Source: a virus
Length of the DNA: 64,000 nucleotides
Virus record (IMG/VR): IMGVR_UViG_3300007512_001412
Span: 13,326 to 77,325 of that record
Direction: 5' to 3' (one strand)
The notes beneath the pieces were generated by a model. The model was given only the letters and a program-made list of their open reading frames with translations. It was not told where the DNA came from and did not search any database. A program made the position numbers and the translations under genes. How positions within the stretch are numbered: position 1 is the first letter of the stretch; the number at the start of each line of letters is the position of its first letter. This document shows, in pieces, positions 1 through 9,384 of this stretch.

Positions 1-663
1 GCGTCGGCGCACCCGTGGCTCCAGGCGGGGGCCAACGGGCTCCTGTTCGCGGTCGCGGCGTTCACGGTCCCGTTCCTGCTGCGGAAGCAACTCGCCAACG
101 ACCCCACCGGGAACAAGGGCGACCCGCTGGCCCCGGCGAAGCAGTCCCCCGACCCGAAGGCGTACGTGCCGCCCCATGAGGCGAAGATCACCCCCGCGAC
201 TACGCGGACGGTGTGGGTGCGTCGCCTCGCTGCCGCCGATCCTCACGCGGGCGCGCGCGGGGTAGCCATCCTCCAAGCGCACACGCTGGTCGTCGGCGGG
301 GTCCGGGTGACGGATCGAACGCGCGTCGAAACGATCCCGGTGACGTCGAACAACCTGCTCCACCGGGACGCGAGCCGCACCTACGGGGGCCACTGGACGG
401 TGGTCGCAGCGGAGGAGTGGAAGTGGCCGCGCCCGGTGTACCGCTGGCGTCCGATCCGGGCCTACGCCTCGCTCGATGAAGCGGCTGCGGATTGGCTCTC
501 CGACCTCCCGCCCGAAGCCCGCGAGGGGCTGCGCGTCGGGGACCCGGTCATGTACTGGCGGGCAGTCGGATCGGGTCCGTACGAAGCGGAGTTGGTCGCG
601 CTGTACAAGGTGCAGATGCAGCCCGCGCTCGTCATGCCCTCACGGGTGGGCCTCCGCCACTAG
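1..663 (+). CDS. Hypothetical protein, 5'-truncated, with a hydrophobic segment
   Basis: Frame 1 is open from base 1 into ORF 166..663 and includes GLLFAVAAFTVPFLL. Confidence 0.6.
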   Translation, partial: ASAHPWLQAGANGLLFAVAAFTVPFLLRKQLANDPTGNKGDPLAPAKQSPDPKAYVPPHEAKITPATTRTVWVRRLAAADPHAGARGVAILQAHTLVVGGVRVTDRTRVETIPVTSNNLLHRDASRTYGGHWTVVAAEEWKWPRPVYRWRPIRAYASLDEAAADWLSDLPPEAREGLRVGDPVMYWRAVGSGPYEAELVALYKVQMQPALVMPSRVGLRH

Positions 664-1070
664 GTCGGGGCGCGGACCATGTTCCCGTACGCGACGTACG
701 GGGTGGCGACGACTGTCTCCGGGCCGACGACGTCTGTCTCCAGCGTCATCCACGCGCCGTCGAAGATATCGATCGCCTGATCCCCCAGCATGTTCGTCAG
801 GGACGTCTCGCTGGTCATGTTGAACGACGCCTTGTAGACGGTGGCCCCGCCCGCCGCTACCGGGTAGACCCGCGCGATGACCGTCTGCGCGGTGCCGTCC
901 GTCACCAGCCGCACGCCCCGGAAGAACGCGGTCAGGAAGTTGGCGTCGGACGACGGGGTGTTGGGGTCCGCAGCCTGGATCTGCTGCCGCGCCGACTCCC
1001 CCCCGCCGGCTGCGAGGCCGGCGAAGGTGAGGTCGGGGCTCTGCGAGGCTTGGGTGAACGTCAGAGTCAC
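660..1070 (-). CDS. Small beta-rich hypothetical protein, possibly a virion component
   Basis: 3' part of ORF 660..1565. GTG at 1070 is preceded by AAGGAG. T/A/V-rich composition. Confidence 0.6.
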   Translation of the reverse strand: MTLTFTQASQSPDLTFAGLAAGGGESARQQIQAADPNTPSSDANFLTAFFRGVRLVTDGTAQTVIARVYPVAAGGATVYKASFNMTSETSLTNMLGDQAIDIFDGAWMTLETDVVGPETVVATPYVAYGNMVRAPT

Positions 1071-1118
1071 GGGCGGAGTGTACTCCTTGGGGGCCGTGAG
1101 GAAAATGCAGATTGCGTG

Positions 1119-1148
1119 TTGACAAACCGCAAGGCCCGCCCGTAGGCT
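1119..1148 (+). promoter_or_regulatory. Sigma70-like promoter of the TTGACA-N4-GCAAG class
   Basis: TTGACA aacc GCAAG ... TAGGCT (18-nt spacer) ahead of the replication operon, flanked by a TTGCG/CGCAA inverted repeat. Confidence 0.65.
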
Positions 1149-1179
1149 CGCCGTGCTGACAGAGGAACGGACGGAGAGA

Positions 1180-2160
1180 ATGGCGCAACGTCGAACCGGG
1201 CCAGAGCCCTGCATCGTGGTCGTATACGGCGAGTCGAAGGTCGGGAAGACCGTGGATCTGCTGTACTCCGTCCCCAACGGGATCATCTTCACGCCCGCCC
1301 CGCGAGGGCTGGAAGCGTGGCGTCGGCTGACCCAGGTCAAGCCCAACGAGCGGCGCATCAACCGGGTGAGCGAGGCAATCGCCATCATCAAGAAGGAGAA
1401 GCCCCCTGCGGTGGGCTTCGATGACTTCTCCATCGCGCTCCAGCGGGAGCAGTTTGCCCTGGAGGCGAAGGGGCTGACCGGCTGGAAGCTGTGGGGCGCG
1501 ATCAAGGGGATCGTCAACGCGCTGCGGGAAACGATCCTCGACCTGGGCGCGGTCTGCATCCTCAACCTGCATGAGAACCACCCGCGCTACGAAGGCGAGG
1601 GGCTGTTCAAGACGCGCGTGTCGCGGGGCGGTCCACTCATGCCGACCAAGGCGCTGTCGGCGTGGATCCCGCACGTGAGCCCCCTCGTCGTCCGGGCCAT
1701 CAACAAGCCCCCCGGCGTGGCTGACTGGCCCGGGATGTACTCCTGCGACCCCTCCGACGCGGACTGGATCACGGGGGATCGGTGGTGCTCCACGCCGCCG
1801 TCGTCCCCGCTGAACATCCGTGAAGTCCTGCTCCGCGCGCGCGGCGTGGACCCGACCGTGGTGGTGCCCCCCCGCGCGCCGGGGCTCGCCGTCCTCGACA
1901 AGATGGCAGAGGGTGTCTGCAAGGGTCGCCTGACCGGCGCGTTCGCCACGGACGAGGCCGCTGCGGCGGGCCTCACCAGCATGTTCCCGAAGCAGAAGCC
2001 CTCCGTCCTGCGATGGGCTTGGCGGGACGGCTGCGCCCGCGCCGCGCTGGAGCGCAGCGCCGATCACCTGTTCGCCATGTTCACCCACACACCCGACGCG
2101 GCCCCGGGCTCCGCGTGGGGAAGTAGTAGTGCTCGCCCGAACCAGACCCCCGCCGCGTGA
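1180..2160 (+). CDS. AAA_24/Sak4-like P-loop ATPase (single-strand annealing/recombination)
   Basis: Walker A VVVYGESKVGKT, Walker B VGFDDFS, LHE and GGPxMP motifs. GGAGAG RBS. Directly upstream of an SSB-like gene. Confidence 0.7.
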   Translation: MAQRRTGPEPCIVVVYGESKVGKTVDLLYSVPNGIIFTPAPRGLEAWRRLTQVKPNERRINRVSEAIAIIKKEKPPAVGFDDFSIALQREQFALEAKGLTGWKLWGAIKGIVNALRETILDLGAVCILNLHENHPRYEGEGLFKTRVSRGGPLMPTKALSAWIPHVSPLVVRAINKPPGVADWPGMYSCDPSDADWITGDRWCSTPPSSPLNIREVLLRARGVDPTVVVPPRAPGLAVLDKMAEGVCKGRLTGAFATDEAAAAGLTSMFPKQKPSVLRWAWRDGCARAALERSADHLFAMFTHTPDAAPGSAWGSSSARPNQTPAA

Positions 2161-2193
2161 GCGCGGCACGTTCCCTGATGGAGAAAATTCGCT

Positions 2194-2793
2194 ATGGCTG
2201 AGAACAACCCCTACGTCGTGGACCTCTCCGACGCTTCGACCGACGTCGGTGGCGGCGGTCCCCCCGTCAACGAGGCGTTCAACCTGATCATCGGCACCCC
2301 CGTCGAGATCAAGCAGAACGCCAACGGCACGCCCCGCGTCGTCGTCCCCGTGCAGGTCAGCGACGGCCCGCACAAGGGCAAGGGCTTCCGCGCGCGCTTC
2401 AACTGGCCGACCGGCGACCCGAACAAGGACGGCTTCAAGAAGATGATGATGCTCCGTCTGCTCCAGGGCATCGGCGCTCCGCAGGACGTGATCAAGGCGG
2501 CGGATATCCGCACCATGCCGACGATGCTCCCCGGCAAGACCCTGGTGGGCTTCGTCAAGGACGACGGCGAGTACATCAACGACAAGGGGCAGACCCGGCA
2601 GGGCCGCGACCTCGTCCCGTGCCTCCCCAACGAGGCGGCGGCGGCGCTCAAGGGCGAGTGGAACCCCTACGGCGGCTTCACGGAGGCGGGCGCGACCCCG
2701 ACGACCACGCCGTCCAACGGGACGACCACGCCGACCCCCCAGGTCCCGTCGCAGAGCGGCTTCGACGGCCTGTTCGACGGCATCCCCGGCTAG
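2194..2793 (+). CDS. Phage single-stranded DNA-binding protein-like (DUF669-type)
   Basis: Beta-rich N-terminal part, T/P-rich linker, acidic-aromatic C-terminal tail (GFDGLFDGIPG). Lies between the Sak4-like ATPase and the polymerase. Confidence 0.6.
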   Translation: MAENNPYVVDLSDASTDVGGGGPPVNEAFNLIIGTPVEIKQNANGTPRVVVPVQVSDGPHKGKGFRARFNWPTGDPNKDGFKKMMMLRLLQGIGAPQDVIKAADIRTMPTMLPGKTLVGFVKDDGEYINDKGQTRQGRDLVPCLPNEAAAALKGEWNPYGGFTEAGATPTTTPSNGTTTPTPQVPSQSGFDGLFDGIPG

Positions 2794-2913
2794 CCAACGC
2801 CGGTCCCTCTCGCGCGGACACGTCCTTTCCCGCGCGAGCCAGTGAAGGCTCCCCCCGCGTTCTCACCCCCCCCGACTCGCGGGGGGTGCCTTCCGGCTGG
2901 CACTGACGCTCCC

Positions 2914-5649
2914 ATGACGTACGACCCGCGCCGCGACGGAGCCGACTGCGACCACTGTCCGATGCGACGGTGGCGCGGATCGGAGTGGACGCCTGTCCCT
3001 GCTGTAGAGGCGTCCGGTCGGCCTGACGGCATCCTCCTGGGAGAAGCCCCCGGCAAGCGCGAGGTCGAGAAGGGAGCCCCCTTCGTCGGCCCCTCCGGGG
3101 CGGAGTTGAACCTCGCCCTCAAGGCCGCGAGGATGAACCGCAAGCGGTACGACGTGGACAACGTCATCGCCTGCCGCGCCTTGCTGAACCGCCACGGCAA
3201 GGACGACTACCGACTGATCGAGATTCGGCTCAAGAAGGACAAGGCGGCGGGCAAGTCCCCCGACCATGAGAAGCACCCGTCCGTCCACTGTCGCCCCCGG
3301 CTGGATCGCTGGCTCAAGCGGTCGGACAACGTCATCGCGATGGGCGCGACGGCGGCGAACGCCGTCCTGGGGGGCGCGCACAGCATCCTCTCGATCCGGG
3401 GAGGCCCCGCGTACAAGGGAACCGCCCGGGTCCTCCCGACCGTGCATCCCGCGTTCGTCGCCCGTGCCCGCCGCTGGCAGTTGGTCTACAAGGCGGATCT
3501 GAGGCGCGCGGAGCGGTTCTTCGCGGACCGGCTGGAGTGGTCGGACGCCCCGATCCTGTACGTCCCGACCCCGGCGAAGCTGCAAGCGTTCCTCGACGTC
3601 CCCGCGCCCCTGTGGACGTACGACGTCGAGACACCGATGGTCCCCGGCCCGCTGCACGCCCGGATCAACTGCGTGGCGATCGGGCGCAAGATCACCGACG
3701 ACGAGTTGGCCGAGTGGATCCCCGGCCCCGACGACAACCCCGCGTTCCCCCCGGGGGAGATCGTGGTGGTGGTGCCCTTCCGATCCATCGAAACCGGGGA
3801 GCCCGTCTACAGCCCCGCCGACCAACGGGACGTGCGTCTGATGATCGCGTCGGCGTTCACGGACGGGCGGCTGTGGTGCGGGCACAACGCCGGCTGGTAC
3901 GACCGGCTGGTGGTCGAGGAAGACCTGGGCGTGACCCCGGCTCCGCTGATGGACACGATCATGCTGTTCCGCCTCGCACACAGCGAGTTGCCGAAGTCCC
4001 TGGGCGTCGTCGGCACCATCTACACCGACGTCACCGCGTGGAAGATGGACAACGAGGGGAACAAGCTGGCGACGGACGCGCGCAGCGACGACGAGTTGTG
4101 GGCCTACAACGCGAAGGATGTGATGGTCACGGCACGTATCGTGCCGCCGATTGTGCAGCAAGTACGACGTCGGCAGCAGGACCAGCCGTGCCCCGCGCGT
4201 CCGTCGCTGACGCTCCCGCAAGCCGACCACAAGATCCAGTCCTTCTGCGCGGGCCTGGGCCGCGTGGGGCTGCGGATCGACCCCGACGCGCAGTACGTCA
4301 TGGAGAAGGATCTGTCCGCGAAGGTGGCCGACGCCCGCGCCGCCATCGCAGCCACGCTCCCCTCACGGATCAACGCGATCAACCCCGCGTCCTACCCGCA
4401 GGTTCGCAAGGTGCTGTACGGTTCGCACGGCTTCCGTCTGGAGCCGAAGTCGTACACCGACACGGGCGAACCTTCGACGGGCGACGGTTCGATCCGCGAG
4501 CACCTCATGGACTCGCGGACTCCAGGCGATGCCGCCCGCTTCCTGTGGGCGCTCCGCAACTTCCGGTCGCTGCACAAGCGGCTGACCTCGTTCGTCATCC
4601 CGCTGCGCCGCCGCTCCGTGGACCCGGAGAAGGGCTGCGTGGACGACGACGGACGCCTCCGGGTGTCGTGGTCGGCGCATGGGACGACGTCCGGGCGGCT
4701 GTCCTCGTCGCAGCCGATGAACGTCCAGAATTGGGAGAAGATCCTCCGCACCCTCGTCATCCCCTCTCCGGGCAACGTCCTGATCGGCGCGGACTACGAC
4801 CAACTGGAGGGTCGCCTGGGAGCCGCCACGGCGGGGATCAAGCACTACCTGCGCGCGTACGACGCGGGCCTGGACGCACACCAGACGACGATGCACCTGA
4901 CGGGCGGTGACATGATCTGGAGGATGCCGGGAGCGCCCCCTCACCCGGATCTGTACTTCCGCAAGGAGTGGCCCGCCGACCCGCAGGGGCGTTGGCCGGC
5001 AGGCGGGATCGGGGGCCGCTTTGACGAGTACAGGTCGCTGAACAAGAACTGGTACTACGGGCGGCAGTACGGCGCGGGGCACGAAACGGTCTGGAAGCTG
5101 CTCCGCGAAGTCGAGGCCGACTGCCCGCTGTGCAAGGGCGCGGGGTGCGGCACGTGCGTGTCGGGGACGGTGTTCACGAACCGCGACCTCACCCTGCGCG
5201 AAGTCGAGGAAATGGGGGAGCGGTTCAGCGAGGCGTGCCCCGAAATGGCGCTGTGGTGGGAGAGGGAAACCGACTTCTTCCAAGAGCACGGGTTCAACTA
5301 CGAACCGCTGATGGGCCGACGCCGCTTCTTTGAGGATGGGCTCGACAAGGACGGCGGCTTCTGCGACGTCATCAACTTCAAGATCCAGCCCGCCGCCGCA
5401 GCCCTGATGAATTTCGCGTGCATCGACTTGGTGGACGCGGGGGTCGGCTGCGAGTTTGAAGGGCCGGGGACCGGCCCGATCCAACAGGGCCATGACTCCC
5501 TGCTGGTCGAGGCCCCGGAGCACCGCGCCGAAGAAGTGCGCCGCCTCGTTGAAGACTGCATGACGCAGACCCATCCCGCCTTCTACGGGTCCATGCGGTT
5601 CACCGCTACGGCCCGGATCACGCGCAACAACTGGAAGGAAGTCGCCTGA
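2914..5649 (+). CDS. polA: Family A DNA polymerase with N-terminal uracil-DNA glycosylase-like domain and 3'-5' exonuclease
   Basis: UDG family-4 motifs (CDHC, LGEAPGKRE, PFVGPSG, PTVHPAF). Exo motifs YDVET, GHNAGWYD, YNAKD. TTSGRLSS; motif A ADYDQLEGR; motif B RSLNKNWYYGRQYG; motif C GHDS. Confidence 0.92.
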   Translation: MTYDPRRDGADCDHCPMRRWRGSEWTPVPAVEASGRPDGILLGEAPGKREVEKGAPFVGPSGAELNLALKAARMNRKRYDVDNVIACRALLNRHGKDDYRLIEIRLKKDKAAGKSPDHEKHPSVHCRPRLDRWLKRSDNVIAMGATAANAVLGGAHSILSIRGGPAYKGTARVLPTVHPAFVARARRWQLVYKADLRRAERFFADRLEWSDAPILYVPTPAKLQAFLDVPAPLWTYDVETPMVPGPLHARINCVAIGRKITDDELAEWIPGPDDNPAFPPGEIVVVVPFRSIETGEPVYSPADQRDVRLMIASAFTDGRLWCGHNAGWYDRLVVEEDLGVTPAPLMDTIMLFRLAHSELPKSLGVVGTIYTDVTAWKMDNEGNKLATDARSDDELWAYNAKDVMVTARIVPPIVQQVRRRQQDQPCPARPSLTLPQADHKIQSFCAGLGRVGLRIDPDAQYVMEKDLSAKVADARAAIAATLPSRINAINPASYPQVRKVLYGSHGFRLEPKSYTDTGEPSTGDGSIREHLMDSRTPGDAARFLWALRNFRSLHKRLTSFVIPLRRRSVDPEKGCVDDDGRLRVSWSAHGTTSGRLSSSQPMNVQNWEKILRTLVIPSPGNVLIGADYDQLEGRLGAATAGIKHYLRAYDAGLDAHQTTMHLTGGDMIWRMPGAPPHPDLYFRKEWPADPQGRWPAGGIGGRFDEYRSLNKNWYYGRQYGAGHETVWKLLREVEADCPLCKGAGCGTCVSGTVFTNRDLTLREVEEMGERFSEACPEMALWWERETDFFQEHGFNYEPLMGRRRFFEDGLDKDGGFCDVINFKIQPAAAALMNFACIDLVDAGVGCEFEGPGTGPIQQGHDSLLVEAPEHRAEEVRRLVEDCMTQTHPAFYGSMRFTATARITRNNWKEVA

Positions 5650-5987
5650 TGCCCGTCACCGTCACCGCCACCGAAGTCCTCGCCCTCAAGGGGGTCGCCG
5701 CGCGCAACGCGGTCTACCAGATGACCGATCCCGACGAGGTCCGCACCCTGCTGGATCGGGACAAGCGCAAGCTGATCACAACGGCGGCGACCTCCCGGCT
5801 CGCCAAGCTGAACCGGCTCGCCGCCACGTTGGAGAAGGGCTGGCCCTGCTCCCGCTGTGGCACCGTGGGCGTCCACGGGATGCGGAAGTGCAAGCGGACC
5901 CGCGTGGACGGGTCCTTCAAGGTGTGGGTGCGCCGACAGCCTCGCTGCGGTCCCTGCCGCAACATCAAGAAGGAGAAGACCCGATGA
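5649..5987 (+). CDS. Small basic zinc-finger protein
   Basis: CSRC and CGPC pairs. Start overlaps the polA stop. Confidence 0.55.
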   Translation: MPVTVTATEVLALKGVAARNAVYQMTDPDEVRTLLDRDKRKLITTAATSRLAKLNRLAATLEKGWPCSRCGTVGVHGMRKCKRTRVDGSFKVWVRRQPRCGPCRNIKKEKTR

Positions 5988-6086
5988 AGAAGCCCGCCTC
6001 CAAGAAGTCCAAGCCCACCCTGCGCCGGGGGGCACCGCCCGCGCCGACCACAGTCGAGTTCCACCGAATCAGCGTCTCAGTTGGCG

Positions 6087-6215
6087 ATGTTCGGAGCCCC
6101 GGAAGAGCGGGCTGAGTCACCGTCGTACTTGTCAGACCAGATCCTGACCTACATCGGGAACAAGAGGTCACTACTCGACTCGTGCGCTCCATGTGCCGCC
6201 CGCTCGCCACGCTGA
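6087..6215 (+). pseudogene. N-terminal remnant of a D12/Dam-class adenine DNA methyltransferase
   Basis: Translates MFGAPEERAESPSYLSDQILTYIGNKRSLLD then loses similarity and stops. YIGNKRxLL is the motif X region of this class. Locally lower GC. Confidence 0.65.
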
Positions 6216-6278
6216 TCCTGCGGAAGTAGCGCGATGCGGGGGGGCCGCTGCACGCGGGCGGGGGGGCGGCCGCTGCAC

Positions 6279-6307
6279 TTGACATTCAGCAAGCTGCCTG
6301 GAAGGGT
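6279..6307 (+). promoter_or_regulatory. TTGACA-N4-GCAAG promoter
   Basis: TTGACA ttca GCAAG. The -10 is weak and the ATG at 6314 follows closely. Confidence 0.5.
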
Positions 6308-6313
6308 GTGTCC

Positions 6314-6649
6314 ATGAGTACCGATCGACCCCCCGTCCTCTCGTCCCTGGACAACGTCCGCGTGGGCGACACCCGCGAGGCCAAGCTGGTCGAAGCGTTG
6401 CTCCGATCCGCGCAAGCGGACTACGCCGAGTCGGACTCCTTGAGGAAGGCGATCACGCTCGTCGCCCACCGCTGCGTCAAGAACGAGTGGACCGTCTACC
6501 GCTGGCTCCGGGGCATCGCCGCGCCCCCACGTGCGGCCCTCGCCGCCCTGGAACGCCTCGCGCATGACCGGGGCGTGCCGCTGGAGCCGGTCCCCGCAGA
6601 AGGGGCCGCTCCCGTCGAAGGCGTCGAGGACGCACCCCCCGCCGCCTGA
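6314..6649 (+). CDS. Putative HTH DNA-binding protein
   Basis: NEWTVYRWLRGIAAP resembles an XRE/Cro recognition helix. Confidence 0.5.
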   Translation: MSTDRPPVLSSLDNVRVGDTREAKLVEALLRSAQADYAESDSLRKAITLVAHRCVKNEWTVYRWLRGIAAPPRAALAALERLAHDRGVPLEPVPAEGAAPVEGVEDAPPAA

Positions 6650-6653
6650 GCCG

Positions 6654-6845
6654 ATGAAGGACGTACCGTCCACGGTCCTCGCCCTCGCCTTGGTCATCGT
6701 GGTCATGGTCGCCATGTGGACGTCGGAGCACCCGTGGCTGCGCGTGCTCGTCGGTGCCTACATGGGCGTCGTCATCGTGTCCGGGGTGTACCTGCTCCTG
6801 CGGCGAGGTGAGCGCCGGGGCAAGGGACCGCACGGCCCCCCTTGA
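6654..6845 (+). CDS. Small two-TM membrane protein
   Basis: Two hydrophobic segments and a basic tail. Confidence 0.55.
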   Translation: MKDVPSTVLALALVIVVMVAMWTSEHPWLRVLVGAYMGVVIVSGVYLLLRRGERRGKGPHGPP

Positions 6846-6871
6846 CATTCCGCAAGCAGGCGGGGTAGACC
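6842..6871 (+). promoter_or_regulatory. TTGACA-N4-GCAAG promoter
   Basis: TTGACA ttcc GCAAG upstream of the GGAGG RBS of the Rad50-like gene. Confidence 0.55.
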
Positions 6872-6898
6872 CTCCCTGCACGCACGCGGAGGTACTTG

Positions 6899-8671
6899 AT
6901 GGACAACGGACACGGCTCGATGGCGCTGCACGTAGTGCGCCTCACCACCAACTTCAAGCAGGACGGGTTCCCTGACGGGCGCACCTTCGACCTGGGGCAG
7001 CGGACGGCGTTGTTCGGCCCCAACGGATCGGGGAAGTCGGCGGTCGTCCACGCGCTGCTGTGGGCACTGACCGGCGAGGTTCGTGGGTTCGCGGGCCGCG
7101 CCGTCGTCAAGGAGGCGCGCACGATCTGGCGCGCGAAGCCGAAGAAGGCGAAGACGTTGTTCGCGGAGGTGACGCTGTCGGACGGGCGCGTCATCCTGCG
7201 CCGGCAGAAGCGGTCCAACGGCGCGATCGACTGGAACGTGGACGGGATCGAAGTCCCCAAGAAGTCGCTCGCCATCGCCACCGCGCTCGTCGCGGGCGAG
7301 GTCCGCGACAACCTGTTCGGTGCCCCGGCGACGGCGGAGCGATGGCTCGACGGCGTGCTCGACATTCCCCTCGCCGCGATCCTCGCGTCTGCGCTCGACG
7401 GTCGGCCCTGCGCCCCCTGCAAGGGGATCGGGTGCGACCTCTGCGACGAGGGGACGGTGAAGCTCGACGCGCTCACGCGGGCGACCCTGGAAGCTGCCGC
7501 GCTCAACGCGGACACGGGGGCGACCCTGGTGGACTCCCTCCGCGCCGACGCGCGCGCCGCGAACAAGGAGGCGTCGGTCACCGACTCCGTGGTCGAGGAG
7601 ATCGCCCATGACGTCCGCATCGTGACGGACGGCGAGTTGGAAGCCGCGACCACCAAGCGCGACACGCTCCGCGAGGGGCTGTGGAAGGCGCGGGAGCGCC
7701 AGCGCAACGCGACCGCCCTGCGGGGCCTCGCGGACGACATGCGCGCGGCGACCGCTGCCCTGGCGAAGCTGCCCCCCGGCGAGCCCAACGAGGGGAAGAA
7801 GCGGAAGCTGGTCGAGGACACGATGGCGGTCGCGGAGGACGCTGCCGCCCTGGGGCTGAACCGCTGCCCGTGCTGCGGCGGGGCGTCCAGCCCCGAAGCC
7901 CTCCGATCCCGCGCCACGGGGATGCAGGGGCTCCTGCTCTCGATGAAGGCGCAGAGCGCCGACGCGCACGAACGGGAACGCCTCAAGATCGCGATGACCG
8001 GGTTCCAGGGGCGGGCACAGGGGCTCCGCGCCTCGATGCCCGCCGACGACTTCGCCGCCGTGCGTGCGGGCACCTGGGAGGACCCGACGATGACCTGGGC
8101 GGCGTCCCTGGCGAAAGCCGAAGCGGTGCTGGACGACCTCCGGGCCGCGCGTGTGGGCGCGCAGGGGCCGAAGATGGCGATGGCTCAGGCGGAGGCGCAC
8201 CGCGCCCGCGCCGACGCGCTCACCGCCGCTGCGAACGCCGTGGAGCACGCGCGGGCCAAGCTGATCGCCAGCGCCGTCAAGACCTTGACGGCAGGGGCCA
8301 AGGCCCGCTTCCCGACGCGCTTCGGCAAGCCGGTGATCAAGCTGCGCCCGAAGGTGGTCCTGGGCGTGGATCGGGACGGTGCCGAAGGCGACCCCTCCGA
8401 AGGGGAGATCGCCGCGCTGGTGCTCGCCTTGGCGGGAGCCGTCGCGGAGCGCCGCGCCGACACGGGCCTCTCCGTGCTGGTGCTCGATGACCGGGGCTTC
8501 GATGACGCCACCGTCGCGGACCTCCGCGAAGCGTTCAACCAGTGGGACGCGGGGATGCTGCTGCTCCCCGTGATCGCCAACCCCCCGGCCTGCGAGGGCT
8601 GGACCGACTTCAACTTCTGGCCCACGGAGGGCGGCACCGATGACCGACACGCTGACCACGTCACTCACTGA
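6899..8671 (+). CDS. Rad50/SbcC-like ABC ATPase with short coiled coil
   Basis: Walker A GPNGSGKS, central CPCC zinc hook within coiled coil, signature PSEGE, Walker B VLVLDD. Confidence 0.8.
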   Translation: MDNGHGSMALHVVRLTTNFKQDGFPDGRTFDLGQRTALFGPNGSGKSAVVHALLWALTGEVRGFAGRAVVKEARTIWRAKPKKAKTLFAEVTLSDGRVILRRQKRSNGAIDWNVDGIEVPKKSLAIATALVAGEVRDNLFGAPATAERWLDGVLDIPLAAILASALDGRPCAPCKGIGCDLCDEGTVKLDALTRATLEAAALNADTGATLVDSLRADARAANKEASVTDSVVEEIAHDVRIVTDGELEAATTKRDTLREGLWKARERQRNATALRGLADDMRAATAALAKLPPGEPNEGKKRKLVEDTMAVAEDAAALGLNRCPCCGGASSPEALRSRATGMQGLLLSMKAQSADAHERERLKIAMTGFQGRAQGLRASMPADDFAAVRAGTWEDPTMTWAASLAKAEAVLDDLRAARVGAQGPKMAMAQAEAHRARADALTAAANAVEHARAKLIASAVKTLTAGAKARFPTRFGKPVIKLRPKVVLGVDRDGAEGDPSEGEIAALVLALAGAVAERRADTGLSVLVLDDRGFDDATVADLREAFNQWDAGMLLLPVIANPPACEGWTDFNFWPTEGGTDDRHADHVTH

Positions 8672-9047
8672 TCCCGACCCCATCGTGGAGGCGATGGTCG
8701 CCTTCCAGTTGTACTGCTCGATGGGCTACCCCCCCGAAGCCGTCAAGATCGGCGTGGCGCACGTCCAAACGCAACCGGAGGCAGCGCCCTCCCTCGTCAC
8801 CGTCGCCGTGCTCCGGTGGGACGACAAGGAATTCGTGTCCTACTGGCAACCCAACGCCGAAAGCGGCGAGGACAGCAGCGCGCTCAACGCGCGCCTGCAC
8901 GATTCGATGCCGATGTGGAACGCGCTCGACGGGGACGCCCGGAACGCGCTGGTCGAAGCATCGTGGACCCACGCCCACCGCGACGAGATCGTGGCGGCGA
9001 TGGCAGCGAAGGGCCTGGCGGGGCTCGCTGCGCCGGTTACGCCATGA
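8640..9047 (+). CDS. Hypothetical protein
   Basis: High-GC3 ORF overlapping its neighbours. Confidence 0.55.
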   Translation: MTDTLTTSLTDPDPIVEAMVAFQLYCSMGYPPEAVKIGVAHVQTQPEAAPSLVTVAVLRWDDKEFVSYWQPNAESGEDSSALNARLHDSMPMWNALDGDARNALVEASWTHAHRDEIVAAMAAKGLAGLAAPVTP

Positions 9048-9301
9048 TGCTCAAGATCAAGCAGTTGCAGCCCCCCGGTGCGCCTGAGTCCTGGGCCTAC
9101 GTGGACCCCGAAGCGGTAAACGCCGTGACCCCGGCGAACCTCCAGAAGCGGTCCCCCCACCCGTTGAACCCGCAGCAGGTAGTCGAACAGACCCTCGCCA
9201 GCGGGACGATGCTGTACCTCCCCGGAGGCCAGATCGCGGTCGAGGGGTCACAGGAGGACGTCATGGACCTCCTGGGCCTGACTGTCCGGGTGGAGCACTA
9301 G
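9044..9301 (+). CDS. Hypothetical protein
   Basis: ATGA overlap. WAYVDPEAVNAV ... VEGSQEDV pattern. Confidence 0.55.
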   Translation: MMLKIKQLQPPGAPESWAYVDPEAVNAVTPANLQKRSPHPLNPQQVVEQTLASGTMLYLPGGQIAVEGSQEDVMDLLGLTVRVEH

Positions 9302-9384
9302 CCCTGCCGGTAGCCGTCGTCGTAGGTGTCGGGCGTGGTCACGTTCGCGTTATATCACCGCGTCGGAGGGCCGCACAGACCGGA

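Noticed and set aside
1180-2160. Genome-packaging ATPase
   Set aside because: Motifs and SSB/polymerase context fit Sak4/AAA_24 rather than FtsK/HerA or terminase.
6654-6845. Holin
   Set aside because: Two-TM protein, but it lies in the replication block and I see no endolysin.
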